From Octopus vulgaris (taxonomy: Eukaryota), in NCBI GenBank assembly GCA_951406725.2, contig OX597838.1:24676001-24740000 (forward strand): a DNA stretch of 64,000 nt, in the 5' to 3' direction. Shown piece after piece: positions 50,804 to 64,000 of this stretch. The notes beneath the pieces are model-generated. The model had not been told where the DNA came from. It saw only the letters and a program-made list of their open reading frames with translations, and ran no database searches. How positions within the stretch are numbered: position 1 is the stretch's first letter; each line of letters opens with the position of its first letter. A program made the translations under genes and the position numbers.

Positions 50804-51000
50804 TTAATTCCCTCCGCCTTAGCGAAGGTGGAGGTATTGTTTTCAGTCGCATTTGTTTGTCTGTGGACAAGATATCTCAAGAACCGTTGGATGGATTCGG
50901 ATGAATTTTTTAGGGATGTTTGGCCCTATGACTGGTACAAACTGATTAGATTTTGGAATCGATCCAGTACTGGACAAGGATTCTGGATTATTTGCTATAT
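50804..51000 (+). mobile_element. DINE-1/Helentron-associated (HINE)-like element
   Basis: 5' CCTCCGCC..GGTGGAGG short hairpin, then TATTGTTTTC and a GTTTGTTTGTCTGT microsatellite-like tract. Confidence 0.5.
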
Positions 51001-51228
51001 TTACTTTACTTGATTACAATCTTATGTTAACTTTCAAGTCTTTCTCAATTATCTCCCTTTAGGTTGTAACTATTTTGAATGCAGAATTTGTTAACTAAGG
51101 ATAAACTACAGCCACCTTCACATTCCACGACTACCATTGGGATCAATCAGGTACTGGACTCATGAGCTAAAAGTCACACTAATTTTCAAAAACTGTTGTT
51201 TATGAAGTAGACATCAAGTAGGACTTAC

Positions 51229-51411
51229 CTTTTCTCTGACGTTTTCAAATGAAGATGGCGACACTACAGAAAAACAAACCAAAAAGACATCTGTCTGGGG
51301 GTAGCTGAGGGGTCTTAGCCTATCGTAGTCTTCCTGACCAGCAGTATCAAACAATCCTAAAGTGTATGGCTCACCTCCAATCATTACTGTTACTGCATAG
51401 TTATCAAAAAC
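51229..51411 (-). CDS. CDC42: Cdc42 coding exon (aa 36-96, switch I/II)
   Basis: ctctag|GTT...AAG|gtaagt; [61 protein letters not shown]; not in the ORF track. Confidence 0.98.
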
Positions 51412-51786
51412 CTAGAGAAAAGGAAAAAAACATAATTAAAGTTAATTAACATAGTTAAGTGTTCAATATGAATGTAATTATATTAGCTTAAGTGTTTCTA
51501 TAGAACAGAACTCTCACCATTCAGATTTCCAACCAAATAGTCCAAAACCATGTTTTTCATGTCACAGAAATGAAATATTAAGGGGGGAGGGGGAATCATA
51601 ATGCATGTGGTGGCTCAATGTTCTGGCCATTATTAACTCCTTAGCATTCAAATTACTTGGTCAAATGTAATGCTTATTCATTCATTTTGTTTTAAATTAA
51701 TCATAATCATGCATTATTTCATAGCTTTTGAGATTTCAATCCCGTCATTGCATATTTTTAGAATGACATTATAGGCACACTTTCTA

Positions 51787-51916
51787 ATGATGATGATGAT
51801 GACAAGGACCATCAAGAATGATGACAAGGACAAGGATGATGACAAGGACCATCAAGAATGATGACAAGGACAAGGATGATGACAAGGACAAGGATGATGA
51901 CAAGGACCATCAAGAA
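51787..51916. repeat. GATGATGACAAGGAC(CATCAAGAA) compound minisatellite
   Basis: Seen directly. Confidence 0.9.
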
Positions 51917-53769
51917 ACTTCAAATACTCAACATTTTAAATGACTTGTTCTAAGTGACCATCACTAGGGGCCTGAACTTCTAAACAAAGTCTTTTGGAAT
52001 AGCTAGCCTACAATGATAGGTGTATGCCTGTGCATAAGAGGAACCTTAAAGAGAAGGAATGATAGGTTGAGCAAAAATTTATCAATCTGACAGAACCCTC
52101 CTCACACATACACCTATCCTGCCACTGATATCTATCAAACTTAGCATGAGGAAGCATTATGGATGAAATTTGATAAAAGGAAGCAGAGTAAAAGCCAACC
52201 AAATGGAATGCATCTGCTCTTGGATAATAGGCTTAATTTATTTAGTTTAACATTTCCACCTGTCTCTTCCTTTGAGTACCTTAAGCAGAGCCTATTGCAA
52301 ATATCTGAACCAGGCTTTTGGTCTCAGGTTAACAAAATATCTTCATACACAGTTTTTGACTTGCATCAACCCTTGTGTCATGGGCCTTTTTCTCTTCCCA
52401 CCAATCTTCAAACCCTGAGAACCACTCAGTGTGTTTGATTTAGATATTAACCTTAGCTTTTTCTAGCAGCGGGCATTTTTGGGCATGTCTTTAGACCATG
52501 GAGTTTGAATGATTGGGACTTAATTGAAAGGAAACATTAACTAATGCACATCAATCCTAACTATTGTTATTTTTCATTTAACAAGAATTATTGCTCATCT
52601 TAACTATAAGCAGCATGTAGATGAGACCTTTATGTTTTACACAACAAACAAGAATAAATTGTCTTCAGATTCTTCTTTCTATATTTGCAGTCTTTCACTC
52701 AAAATGTCTCCACAGAGTTCTCAGTCTTGAATGGAAATTTAACCAATGTTTCAATTGTAAGCCAATGTTTATTAATACCTTTTAGTTTTGTTCTTTAGTC
52801 TCTGAATACTGAAACAACCATTATAAAGGGTCCCTTGGGACATCTTGCAACAGAAGCAGCACTGACTTTAATTTTACCTTCAACAAAATTTATTCTGTTC
52901 AGAACTTGTCGGTTCCCATCACCTCCACTGATACCATACTTGCTACCAGTTCCATCAACACACAGGAAATTCTGTGAAATATCACAGCTAAATTTACCCC
53001 AGTCTGTTCTTCAGAGTCAGAAAGGAAATAAAAATCACTCATTTAGCTGGTAGAATTGGTGATAATGTTTAGCCTGCTGAGGATTCTTTAGAATTTAACA
53101 GGAACCCCACCAACTTGAAAGAAATTCCCATGTTGACTTTAACTAAAAAGTGATACAGAACATGAACTTGTGTACTTTTTGCTACAGTGGTAGTACAACA
53201 ATTGACTAAAAATACTTTGAATTAACTGGATAGAGGAAATTGCACAGGCACATACATAATATATTGGTCTTTGATCCATCAATTCCATGCACAATATATT
53301 GTCTTTGATCCACCAAAAATACGCATGATAAATTCTCTCTGACATACAAAATAGATTATCGATAAATAATCAAATATATTCTCTTTGATCCGTGAATAGC
53401 ATATACAATAGATTCTCTTTGATCCTTAATGGTTAGGTAGAAGATAAATTTAAAGCGATCAAAAACCATTTAAACCTCCAGTTTTATATCTTAGATTTCA
53501 TCATCATCATCATCATCGTTTAACATCCGCTTTCCATGCTAGCATGGGTAGGACGAATGACTGAGGGCTGGCGAACCAGATGGCTGCACCAGGCTTCAAT
53601 CTTGATCTGACAGAGTTTCTACAGCTGGATGCCCTTCCTAACGCCAACCACTCTGAGAGTGTAGTGGGTGCTTTTACGTGCCACCGGCACGAGGACCAGT
53701 CAGGCGGTATTGGTAACGACTTCATGTTTGTCAATAGAGAGGTGGGGAGGTATGTGTGTACTTATAAAT

Positions 53770-54177
53770 TTAAGTATACTTTGTAAATACCTCCTTTGAG
53801 TAAAACCACCAATAGAAGAGAATATGACCAAAGACTGCATGTACTCCATCCCATGCAGCTGTGGTAGGTTATATAAAGGTGAAATATGCCGCACCCTCAA
53901 AATAAGGGTAGATGAACATTGCAAAGCTGTGATACGAGGAGATATTGATAAATCGGGTATAGCTGATCATGTATGGAAAAATGGAGACCACTTCCCCCAG
54001 TGGGATGAAGTTAAAATAATAGACAGAGAACACCAATGGAAAATACGAAAACTAAAAGAAGCAGCACATATGCTAGGTTACAACAGCCTCCTAAGCAGAC
54101 TGGGTGCAGATATGAACAGCATATCGGAACCGGTATTAAGGAAGGATAGGCACACAACCTACATGACTTTGCAATAA
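53770..54177 (+). mobile_element. Penelope-like retroelement GIY-YIG endonuclease fragment
   Basis: CMYSIPCSCGRLYKGE..RTLKIRVDEH..A...SGIADH......WDEVKIIDRE..W..RKLKEA, a typical PLE GIY-YIG C-terminus. Confidence 0.9.
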
Positions 54178-57100
54178 GAAATTTGATTCTCAATCCCACT
54201 GTCCCAGGTTAAGTTCCACTACATGGTACGTTGGGCAAGTATCTTCTACTTTAACTCTGAGCTGACCAAAGGCTTGAGTGGACTTGGGAACTAAAAGGTG
54301 TGTGTGCTTGCTCCTCATCAGTGCTGGTTTTGTTTACATCCCTATAACTTAGTGCTTCAGCAAAGAAAATAAATAAATAAAAAAAACCAATAGAATAAGT
54401 ACCAGATTAAAAAAAATATTTAGTACTAGGGTCAATTTGTTTGGCTAAAACCTTCAAAGCAGTGCTCCAGCACGGCCACAGTCAGTGAAATCAGTAAAAC
54501 ACACACACTACTGTGGTCAATACAACTGACTTATACTTGGGAAATTTAGTGTCCATCTAAGATAAATCAATATTGAATTATTCATAAAGGTGGTGAGTTG
54601 GCAGAAACATTAGCACACCTGGTGAAATGCTAAGTGATATTTTGTCTGTCTTCATACATTCAGACTTCAAATTCCGCTGAGGTTGACTTTGCCTTTCATC
54701 CTTTCGCGATCGATAAATTAAGTACCAGTTGCATACTGGGTCGATCTAACAAACTGCCTCAACTCCCCCCCCCGAAATTTTGAGCCTTGTACTTAGAGTA
54801 GAAAAGAATATTGAATTATTCATAATATCAAATGGCCTAGATATTTTAATAGCCATAGGAAAAGTTTTTTTCTTTTGCGACATAAAACTTTTATTCTGTA
54901 GCTGGCTCAGCCGCTACCCACAATACTGTAACAGGATTTGGGGCAAACTACAATCACTTCATTGCTTTCCATCTTTCTAATGTAATGGAAATCAATCACC
55001 ACTGCCACCTTGCTTTACGGTAACACAAAGCAAGGACAGCTATGCAGAGACCTTCAGTAAATAGCAGAGTTAAACTTAATTCAGACAGAAAACATAAGTT
55101 CTGTATTAAACCATATCCCAGATATATATGGATCATGCCTCACCTGTAGTTCACTATAAATCAAAAATGGGTAAGTATTAACCCATTAGCATTCAGATTC
55201 CTCTGTCGAATGTAATGCTTATTATGATCACACTGCTTTGAATTAATGTTGTATTCTCTCTTGGCTTTGGGGTTTCATTGATTATGCTTACGTTTAGAAT
55301 GACCAACCAAAGCCTTCTGAGAGGATTTGGTAGATGGAAACTGAAAGAAGCCTGTCATACACACACACACACACGTGTGTGTGATTCTTTGTGTCTGTGT
55401 GTCCCCTATCTTCATTTGACAACTGGTGCTGGTGTGTTTACGTTCCCATGACATAGTGGTTCGGCAAAAGAGATCGATAGAATAAATACTGGGCTTAAAT
55501 AAAACAAGTCCTGGGGGTTGATTTGTTCAACTAAAACCCATCAAGGCAGTGCCCCAGTATGGCCAGTCATGAAAAACAAGTAAAAAAAAAAAGTATTTTA
55601 AATGTCATACAACTAAATAGAAAAGGGTTAGCACTGTATACAATAATTTCATTTTTATTATTTTAAAATAAAAATAGTTCTTTCTTAGAGTTTAAGATAG
55701 ATATGGAAGTGGGGTAGGGACAAGAAGTTGAACTAATTTTGTTTTGGGTTTGTGGTTAAGAAAGCTAGCTCATTTTGCAACCTTCAGGTTCAGTCCCAAC
55801 CTTCAGGCTTCAGGTTCAGTCCCACTGCAAAGCACTTTGGGCAAGTGTCTTCTACTATATCTCTGGGCTTAGCAAAGTCTTGTGAATGAACCTGGTAGAC
55901 AGGAATTCCGTGCACATGTGTGCATGCGTACGTGTGTGCACACGCGCACGCTCTAGCATTTTGGTCTTCTCACCATACACCACCAGACAACCAGTATTGG
56001 TTTGTTTACACCCCAGTAGCATAGTAGTTCAACAAAAGAGGTTGATAAAATAACTATCAGAAACACCCCCCCCCCCCCGGACAAACTAAATACTGGGGTT
56101 GGTTGGCTAAACCCTTCAGAGTGGTTGGTGCTTCAGCATGACAACAGTCCAATTACTGAAACCAGGTAGGGAAAAAAAAAAAAAGATCCAAGAATTATAA
56201 CTGTTGTAAATGCCTGTAAACAGAAATGACACCAAAAATATCTAAACTTCCATACTGCAATATTTCAATACCCTAACTACAAACCAACGAGAGAGCCTTT
56301 TCTGGGAGAGCAAACCTCCCCTTAAATCACGTACTACAGTCTCAAGTTACTGGATGCTAGAGTCTTCTCTAGTTTTACTTAAAAAAATTTTTTTAAATTA
56401 GAGTGCTCGTGGGGCTGGGATAGCTTCGATTATAGGTCAATTCTCCAATGGATGACCAAAGGCTTAAACAACAGACCAACTCCCAAAAGAAATATCTTAT
56501 GCAGATATGTTTATAAGGTTACTAAGAGGAGATACACACACACATGCATTGCCTGCTAAACGTATGTGAACCTCCTCCCTCATAAAATGCTTCATTTATA
56601 AATAATACAAGTTGAATTTATTCTGAATTATAGAGATACTGACTCTAGTTGGCCTATGAGGGAAGTATTTCAGAAAAGATATTTTATAAGAGACAAGCTC
56701 GCTTTAACAGACAGACTGACTATGTATCTGTCTGTCCTGCTTTTAAAGCAAGGGTGTGAAAGACTGACAGAGACTGCTACTACTTATAAATGGGGTAACT
56801 AACTACCAGCACAACTAGGTTAGTCTGATATTAAGTAGTTTTTCAGTTCTCCTGGGAGGACAGCATTCAACAGTCAATTAAGACTTTTTCTTTTTTCTTT
56901 CCCTTTCAGTAGAAAACTTATATTAAGTTAATTGATAGACATTCCTGAGTTACTAGTCAACATCAATAACATTACTATTAAATACTATAAGAGATGGCCT
57001 GGTTTTTCTTTAGTCAACATCTCACTCAAGTGAAGACAGATTGACTGTGGGTGAGTGTGCGAATATTAAAGTAAGCCATTTTAATAACTACACTCAAGTT

Positions 57101-59379
57101 TAAAAATAGAGAGAGCTTTTTCTAGCTGTTTAGATCAGGGATAGATTAAGTAAACTAAAATACAATCTAGCTGGGACCATCCCTTCTTTTTAGGAACATC
57201 TACAACTACAGTGTCCAATGTGTCCTTTATTTAAAATGGTAGGTTCTGATTTGAGGAAGAATTGGTTGCTATTTCTAGTTGGTTGAGCGACTATTTCGAG
57301 TAGAAGATCCCTTGTTGGTTTGAATTTTCAAAGTTTGTTGTACATATGTATTAAGGGATTTTGTCATTAATTAAAACTGGAAATTAGAAACGATTGAATA
57401 AAAAAAGTAAAATAAAATCAAATTTCCATATTTGTAGGACAGATGGAAAATATGGGGCATTTGCCAGTAACCAGAAACTCAAATACTGAAGTTTGAGAAA
57501 GAGAGAGATTATTCTTTTAAGTAACAACTGATGCATTTTTTAATTAAAAATGTTTGAAGATGATAAGCTAATTGATAAAATATCTCTTGGTAAAAAGTCC
57601 TAAAATTTTCTTTTAAAAAAAAAAAAAATCAGCAAACAGCTAAATTCTAAATATAGTTTGAAATTTTGGATAACTTTTGTGCCGAGAAGGGGAGAGTAAA
57701 GTCAAGATTGTGTGTGATAGTAATATGAAGATTGCGTGTGTGTGTGAGAGAGAGAAACAATTTTATATCCAAACCCTAGAACAGTTTTGCGATAAAATTT
57801 CTGCTGACACAGAAGAAGACCACCATTAGTTTCTGCATCCTGTAGTTGTGCAGTGCTTTAGCTATTTAAACAAACCAACCTCGACTCCCAAGTTACAGAC
57901 AGCTGAATTACCAGCCACCCAGAGAAGACAGCAGATATGAAGAAATTAATATTTTAATTAGTTTATGTAATTAGTGACATGTGATCCCCACAGAAAATTC
58001 AATAACAGGGCAATTTTAATATCTGAGAGGAATGACTACCATCACCACTACTACTACCACTACTATGAAGTAGAGGTACCTAGCAGATGGATGCTCCAAG
58101 ATAAGCCAATTCAAGGGTAGAGAGTGAGGTGGGGTGTCAAAAACATACACTAGAAGAATGCTGTGAAGTTGGTCAGATCCTTTCAACTATATTAACTGAT
58201 AGAAATATTCAACATTTTAATGTAGAAATTCACAAATTTTTCTGTAGACACTAAAGTGTGTGTGTAATCAACTTAACTAGTAGCAGAAAGGAAGGCAGCT
58301 TTATATCTTACATCAATTAGGCCAGAGAAAGGACAATCGGATTAGTGTGTAAGAGTGTGATGCAAGCAACTGAACTGCAGCAACCTTCCCAAAAGATAGC
58401 TTCTCTCCAGCACCTTATCTGTTCCTCCAAAGAATTTCTCTTGATAACAGACCTATTACACTGACACCTATCATACTCTCCTACCACATTGCACAGCCTG
58501 CCTATATATATATATATATATATATAAAACAAGCCACATATGACTAAGGTTTAGAGACTTATAAATAGCCAAAATAATGTAATCAGTTTATTTCTATAAA
58601 TATAAATATATCTAAATTTTACCCTCAACTAAGGCTTAACAGAATTCTTTTGTTTTTAAATCTACAGAAAGCTAAACGGTTTTATCGAGTCTTAAAAAGG
58701 TAAAGTATATTTTAGGAATTGCTAAAAGAAATTTAAAAAAAAACAAAAAAAAAAAAACATTACCTAACAGGATTAATTAAGCAATTAACTGAATAATATT
58801 TTTTTCTTTTAAAGTTATTCCTGGAAGGTGGGTAGTGGCCATGATCTTTGGAAGACCTTCTTCTCAGACTGGTTTAGTTCTTTTATAAAATGTTTATAAA
58901 TATGATTTCACTGATATAGAATTCAAGATAGAAAATATTTATTTTCAAACTAACTGGCTTTTAGTTTTAAAATGAAATTATTTCGGTCTACTAAAACGGA
59001 CTGTCAGTTCCTATCATGTAGTTACACACACACACACTATATAAATAAATAAAATCTGACAACGGAGCAAGATACCTGGCGCCTAGCCATACTCAAGAAG
59101 ACCTGTACCCAGCAGCAGAAGTGTTAAGACTGATCCTGCTGGTGGTGTTAAAGCACTCGTAGCAGTACCATATAAAAGCACCCAGCACACACTGTAAAGT
59201 GGTTGGCATTAGGAAGGGCATCCAACCATTGAAACCATACCAGAACAGACAATAGAGTCTGGTGCAGCTCCTTGGATTGCCAGCTCTGGTCAAACCATCC
59301 CACCCATGCCACGACGAAAATGATGATGAAAATCATCAATTCCATTGAGACTTAGGACAGTGGAGAATTATTGCCAGTG

Positions 59380-60290
59380 ACCTGCATCATGCTCTCTATA
59401 GTCCATCATAGATGTTACCCAAGGAATGGGAAAACTGAGCAGTTGCCCAGGAACCAAATTCTGATTTTTGTATAGAGCCTAGTGCATTGATTTGCCCTAA
59501 AATGTTGCTAAGACAGCTCTGCGTGTTCCTGTTCAGGAAATCCTTGTTTGATAATACTTATCGCTGATTTGATACAGTATGTCCCCAATTCTGTATAGCC
59601 ACTTTATCTCTTCAGCAATTGATAGGTCCTTAACCAGAGATCCCTGTGGCCAATTTTCTTAGCTAGCAGATGCAGAGGATTCTTCACAGGCAGCTGTTTA
59701 TGAAGGTTTGTACCTTCTCAAGTGTGATTTTGGTAGTAAACCTAGACTCTGCACCATAAAGCAGGGCTGCTTTAGTGTTGGAGGTCAGCCTGATTTTTAT
59801 GGCTATCGTCAGAAATCTAGATCTCCAGATGTTCTTGAGAATCAGAAAGACTGCCAATTTTTACCCTTACATCAGCAGCTCTGTCACCATTTTTATCAGT
59901 GCTGTTCTCTAAGATGTCCTTGAGAAGCAGAAAGATTTCAGTTTTTACCAGCAGTGCCACCATTTTTACCAGCACTGCTCTCCGGGATGTTCTTGAGAAG
60001 CAGAAAGACTTTGCCAATTTTTACCCATACGTATGAAATAGTGCCACCATTTTTACCAGTGCTACTCTCCAGGTATTTGAAAGGCCTCTACTTCTTCCAT
60101 TGCTGTGCCAACCCAATTCTGCACTACTTCAGGAATTTCTTTCATGAATTTGCAGATCAACTGTCTTTGAAGGGGTTGTCAAACAACTGTTACGAACTGA
60201 CTGAGACAATCATTGGTAAAATCCAGTACTTCCAGTTGTGTGAGAGATGTGGGTGCCTTCCTTCATGATTCAGCCTATAACCAGCAGTTT
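59380..60290 (-). mobile_element. Old degenerate non-LTR retrotransposon fragment containing three ~80-bp tandem units (59824-60075)
   Basis: GC-richer, coding-like but broken sequence. GATGTTCTTGAGAAGCAGAAAGA...TTTTTACC..GCCACCATTTTTACCAG occurs three times. Clade assignment is weak. Confidence 0.4.
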
Positions 60291-63200
60291 ATTTAAAGAC
60301 TCACAAAAAGAAATAAATGGCAGAGAGATTCGTGGTGGCCAAACAACTAACAGTTTTGGAAAAAATTAAGACAGGAGTGAGAGAAAGTCACTGGCTATTC
60401 TCTTTTCTCTTCTTGCAGATCATAGAATGGATCACACAGTAGATTCAAATTTACAAAGTGTATGTATGAAAATATTTTGATCATAACGTTCATCACAAAA
60501 TATACAATACTTCCAGAAAATTGTTCAAACCAAAATCTTTATAAGAGAATCTACAGACACAAACTGAGATAGGTAATTTAAGTGCAATGAATTAGTTATA
60601 CTTCTAAAAATACACAAAATTTAACAATTCCTAATAATATTTATAGAAATATAATAGGGATGAGAGGGGTCCATCCCAGCGAAATAGGGAAGGGGTCCAT
60701 AGGTAAAAATGATTGTGAATGGATTTAAAGAATGCAATGGAGTTTCATCTAATTATAGTCAAGGAATATTTGCAGTCTTTGGTAGAACAAAACATTTTGT
60801 ATTTATAAAAGAATAAGCTGTCCATTTTGGATGCACAAGTGAGCCCACTACAAGGGTATCGGACTAGTTACCTCAACCCCTTGAAACATAATAGACTACA
60901 CACTTCCCTACAGTCATGAACTGAGCATTTTAATTCTTTCAATACCAACCTGTCTGGGACTGCTTCTGGTTTTTGGATGCAAAGCAATACATCTAAAAGT
61001 GTTCATCTCTTCATAAATTTAATCAGAGAACTATCTGCTAAGTTGTTCCATACACCTAATAATAATGGCTTCAAATTTTGGTAGAGGGCCATGTAGAAGA
61101 AGTGGATTTCGTTGACCTTAAGACTTGACTGGTACGTCTTCTATTAACCCAGAAAGGACGAAATGCTAAGTTGATCTCAGTAGAATTTGAATTTAGAAAA
61201 TAAAAATGTACGAAATGCTAAGCTTTTTGTCCAGCATGCTAATGGTTCTGCCGGCTCGCCATCTCCAAATACCTTATAATTGATTTATTTTATTAACTCT
61301 GATTTTTTTTTTTTTTATTTATGGAAAGTCAAGTTCCAGCTTCTGACTGACAGGGATGCTGCGCCTCCCCTCTGTCTTTTCTATTGCAACTATAATGGCC
61401 TCTGTTTCTTGGATTTGGCTGATCTTGTACCACCATCACCCTTTAGGCACCTCCAGCCTACTCATCTCCCTTATCTCTTGCCAACATCATCTCTCCTCCA
61501 CTTCGAGTACACTAACCACTGTTCCCAGTATGTCAGAACCTTCCCCACTGCTTATGTTTTTCCAATATGTGTTGACCTACAACAGTTTAAAACAGAACAT
61601 CAACTTAATTGATCCAACTGAACTGGTCCCAGAGAGCCTGTAAAGGACCATGGACTGTGCTGCTTCCACTGGACGCAGAGAAAGAAATAAAAATTCCGTT
61701 CAAAATGTTATGAAAGGATTAATGTTTACATGAACTATAATCCTATCTTTTACTGGTTTCATTCCGACTGCAGCTGTGTTGGGGCAGTGCCCCAAAGGGT
61801 GTGGCCAAACAAATTGACCTTAGTACTTTTAGTACTTTTTTCTAAGTCTACCTATTCTATTGGGATCCTTTTTGATAAATTAAGCTGCAGAGTGGCAAAC
61901 ACACACACACACAAAAGGCTTTTTTTGAATTTCCATCTACCAAATTCATTCACAAAATTTTAGTTGACTCAATGCTATAGTAGAAGGCACTTGCCCAAGG
62001 AGTCACAGAGTGGGACTGAACCTGGAACCATGTGGTCAAGAAGCAAGCTTCTCACCATGCAGTCAATGCCTGCACCCTGTCAAATGCTGAAAGGGGGAAG
62101 AAAAAAAATTACTATTTCAAGTTGATTTTCTGTAGCAAGTTCTTTTAGCTGGAGGCAAGGAGAAAAAGAAACTGGATCCACAAAGCAGATAAGGAGGACT
62201 AAATAAAAAGTAAAACAAAAAATTCTAGGAGGTAAGTAACTGCAATGAGTCATCAGCCATTCATAGAGATGTGAAAACTTAACACTCCTACATACTTCAA
62301 CAGCTGTCAGGAAGAAAGAGAAAGAGGGGGAGGAAGGTGTGAGAGAGAAAGAAAGAGAAAAAAAAGTGGGATAGGTCCATGCTAAGCAGTATTACTATCA
62401 GGGTTACTAGTACTACTACCACTATTACTCTTTGCCGATGCTGCTACTACTACTGCTGCTGCTGCTGCTAGATTTAGTTGTGGCAGTTAGTTAACAGCAA
62501 TTGATAATAGTATTCAATACTGAACTTGCATAAACCACAGAATAGAGTTGACTGTATAAAGGGTTTAATAATCATTAAATGGTTAAATTATTCAACACTA
62601 ATTTTGGTGTGAGTGTGTGTTTGTGTGTGTGTGTGTGTGTGATACCAAGAGAATTGGTGACCTCCTCCCCTACAGCAATCTTTTCAATGAAATTTCATAC
62701 CGAAATGCTTAATTAATTACAACCCACACAGTCTTTGCTGGTTTAGCAATCACACCAGGCAACCATGGTGGGCGACACTGAGGTGGCACATTTAGAGGAA
62801 ATGCATCAGTAGAAAAATTAGTGTAGGGGGAGTTGACCGAGCCCTGGGGCATTCTTAAAATGATACAAAGGGGATGAGTAAAGTTCCAGTACCATGTACT
62901 GCAATGGGAGTAGCGACCAGAGGAAGGTAGCTAATTTGGCCAGGAGATTTTGGTGACATGTTTGAAGGATTTGGCTGAAAGTCAATTTTTCTTCCTATAA
63001 AGATTTTCAAGGGCTCTTTGGTGTGAGTGACACAAGTCCCAAGTACCCAGTATCATTATTGCTTGCTGGGCAGTCATGGGACTGCAGCCATGCAGGGGCA
63101 CTGCCTTGAAGGTTTTAGTCAAACAAATTAACCCCGTCCCTGCAACATGTTTAAGCCTGGTACTTGTTTCATCGGGCTTTTGCTGAACCACTAGGCTATA

Positions 63201-64000
63201 GGGACATAACCAAACCAATACTGGTTCTCAAGTGATGGAACAAACAAATACAATATATATAACAGGCTTCCACAGTTTCTGTCTACCACTCACAAGATAC
63301 AGATTGGCTCCGGGCCATAGAGACACTTGACAAAAGTACCATACAGTGGGACTGAACCTGAAACCACATGCTTGCAAAGCAAGCTTCTTAACCACACAGC
63401 CATGCTTGCACACACAAATGTGTGTGTGTGTTACTTGTTTCAGTCAATTGATTGCAGCCATGCTGGGGCACTGCCTTGAAAATAAAATATGGACCACTTC
63501 ACAAATTCGCATGTCATAGTATATAAGATAGACTGCCACAGTTTCTGTCTCACCCACAGTTTCTCTGTTCCACAATATCCCTCACAGTTCCTGTTATGTG
63601 GGCCAAATTTAAGTTAAGTTGTTGAATTGTGAAGCTAAGTTTAAGAAATACTCCTAATTTAAATGCTTATGAACAGAATTAAACTAGTAAAATCATAAAT
63701 CCAGCTATACAAGTCAATGAGTCCCTGAAGCTTGGCAATACTGAGTTGATGAGTCACTGATGCTTTGTTAGTACTGTGCTTTAAGTGTAGGTGTGCGGTT
63801 GTGTACTAAGTTCACATATTCCATTCATCTTCATAATGCTAAGTAAGTGTATAAACATCACAAACAACTTTTGCTATATATGAAAAATATGTAAAATATT
63901 AAGACAATTGATGAAAAATATTTATAATGGAATTCTAATTGACAAATATAAATTTTTATTGAAACAAAACACACAGGTGAAGTAAATCACGTGGTGTGAG

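Noticed and set aside
51787-51916. DDDDKD-like repeat resembling a FLAG tag
   Set aside because: A natural GAT/GACAAG microsatellite expansion, with no DYK codons or vector context.
51412-64000. Cdc42 first coding exon (MQTIKCVVVGDGAVGKT...)
   Set aside because: Searched by eye on the minus strand and not found; presumably beyond the window end.

Overview
AT-rich, repeat-dense animal genomic DNA. The SINE, MITE and microsatellite landscape looks like a coleoid cephalopod (Octopus-like; inference). One 100-N gap lies at 23920-24019. Three spliced genes can be reconstructed by hand. (1) RPL6 on +: a TCT/5'TOP non-coding exon at ~246-271 and five coding exons (5986-12346, 269 aa). (2) An unidentified gene on -, tail-to-tail with RPL6 (ATG 24681, stop 15406). 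Its first coding exon has at least 18 tandem 10-aa LSQxTLPDxN repeats. (3) CDC42 on -: residues 36-191 in three exons; the first coding exon was not found in the window. The best non-coding signal is three intact box C/D snoRNAs in RPL6 intron 1, plus one degenerate copy in intron 4. All carry the 18S-complementary guide ATCTGTCAATCC (SNORD110/HBII-55-like). Long G·U-rich sense-strand hairpins also occur in the RPL6 introns. The rest is transposon-derived: tRNA-SINEs, RTE, Tx1 and Penelope fragments (two with hammerhead-like cores), piggyBac, mariner and maT relics, TTAA-MITEs, a Helitron and foldback elements.
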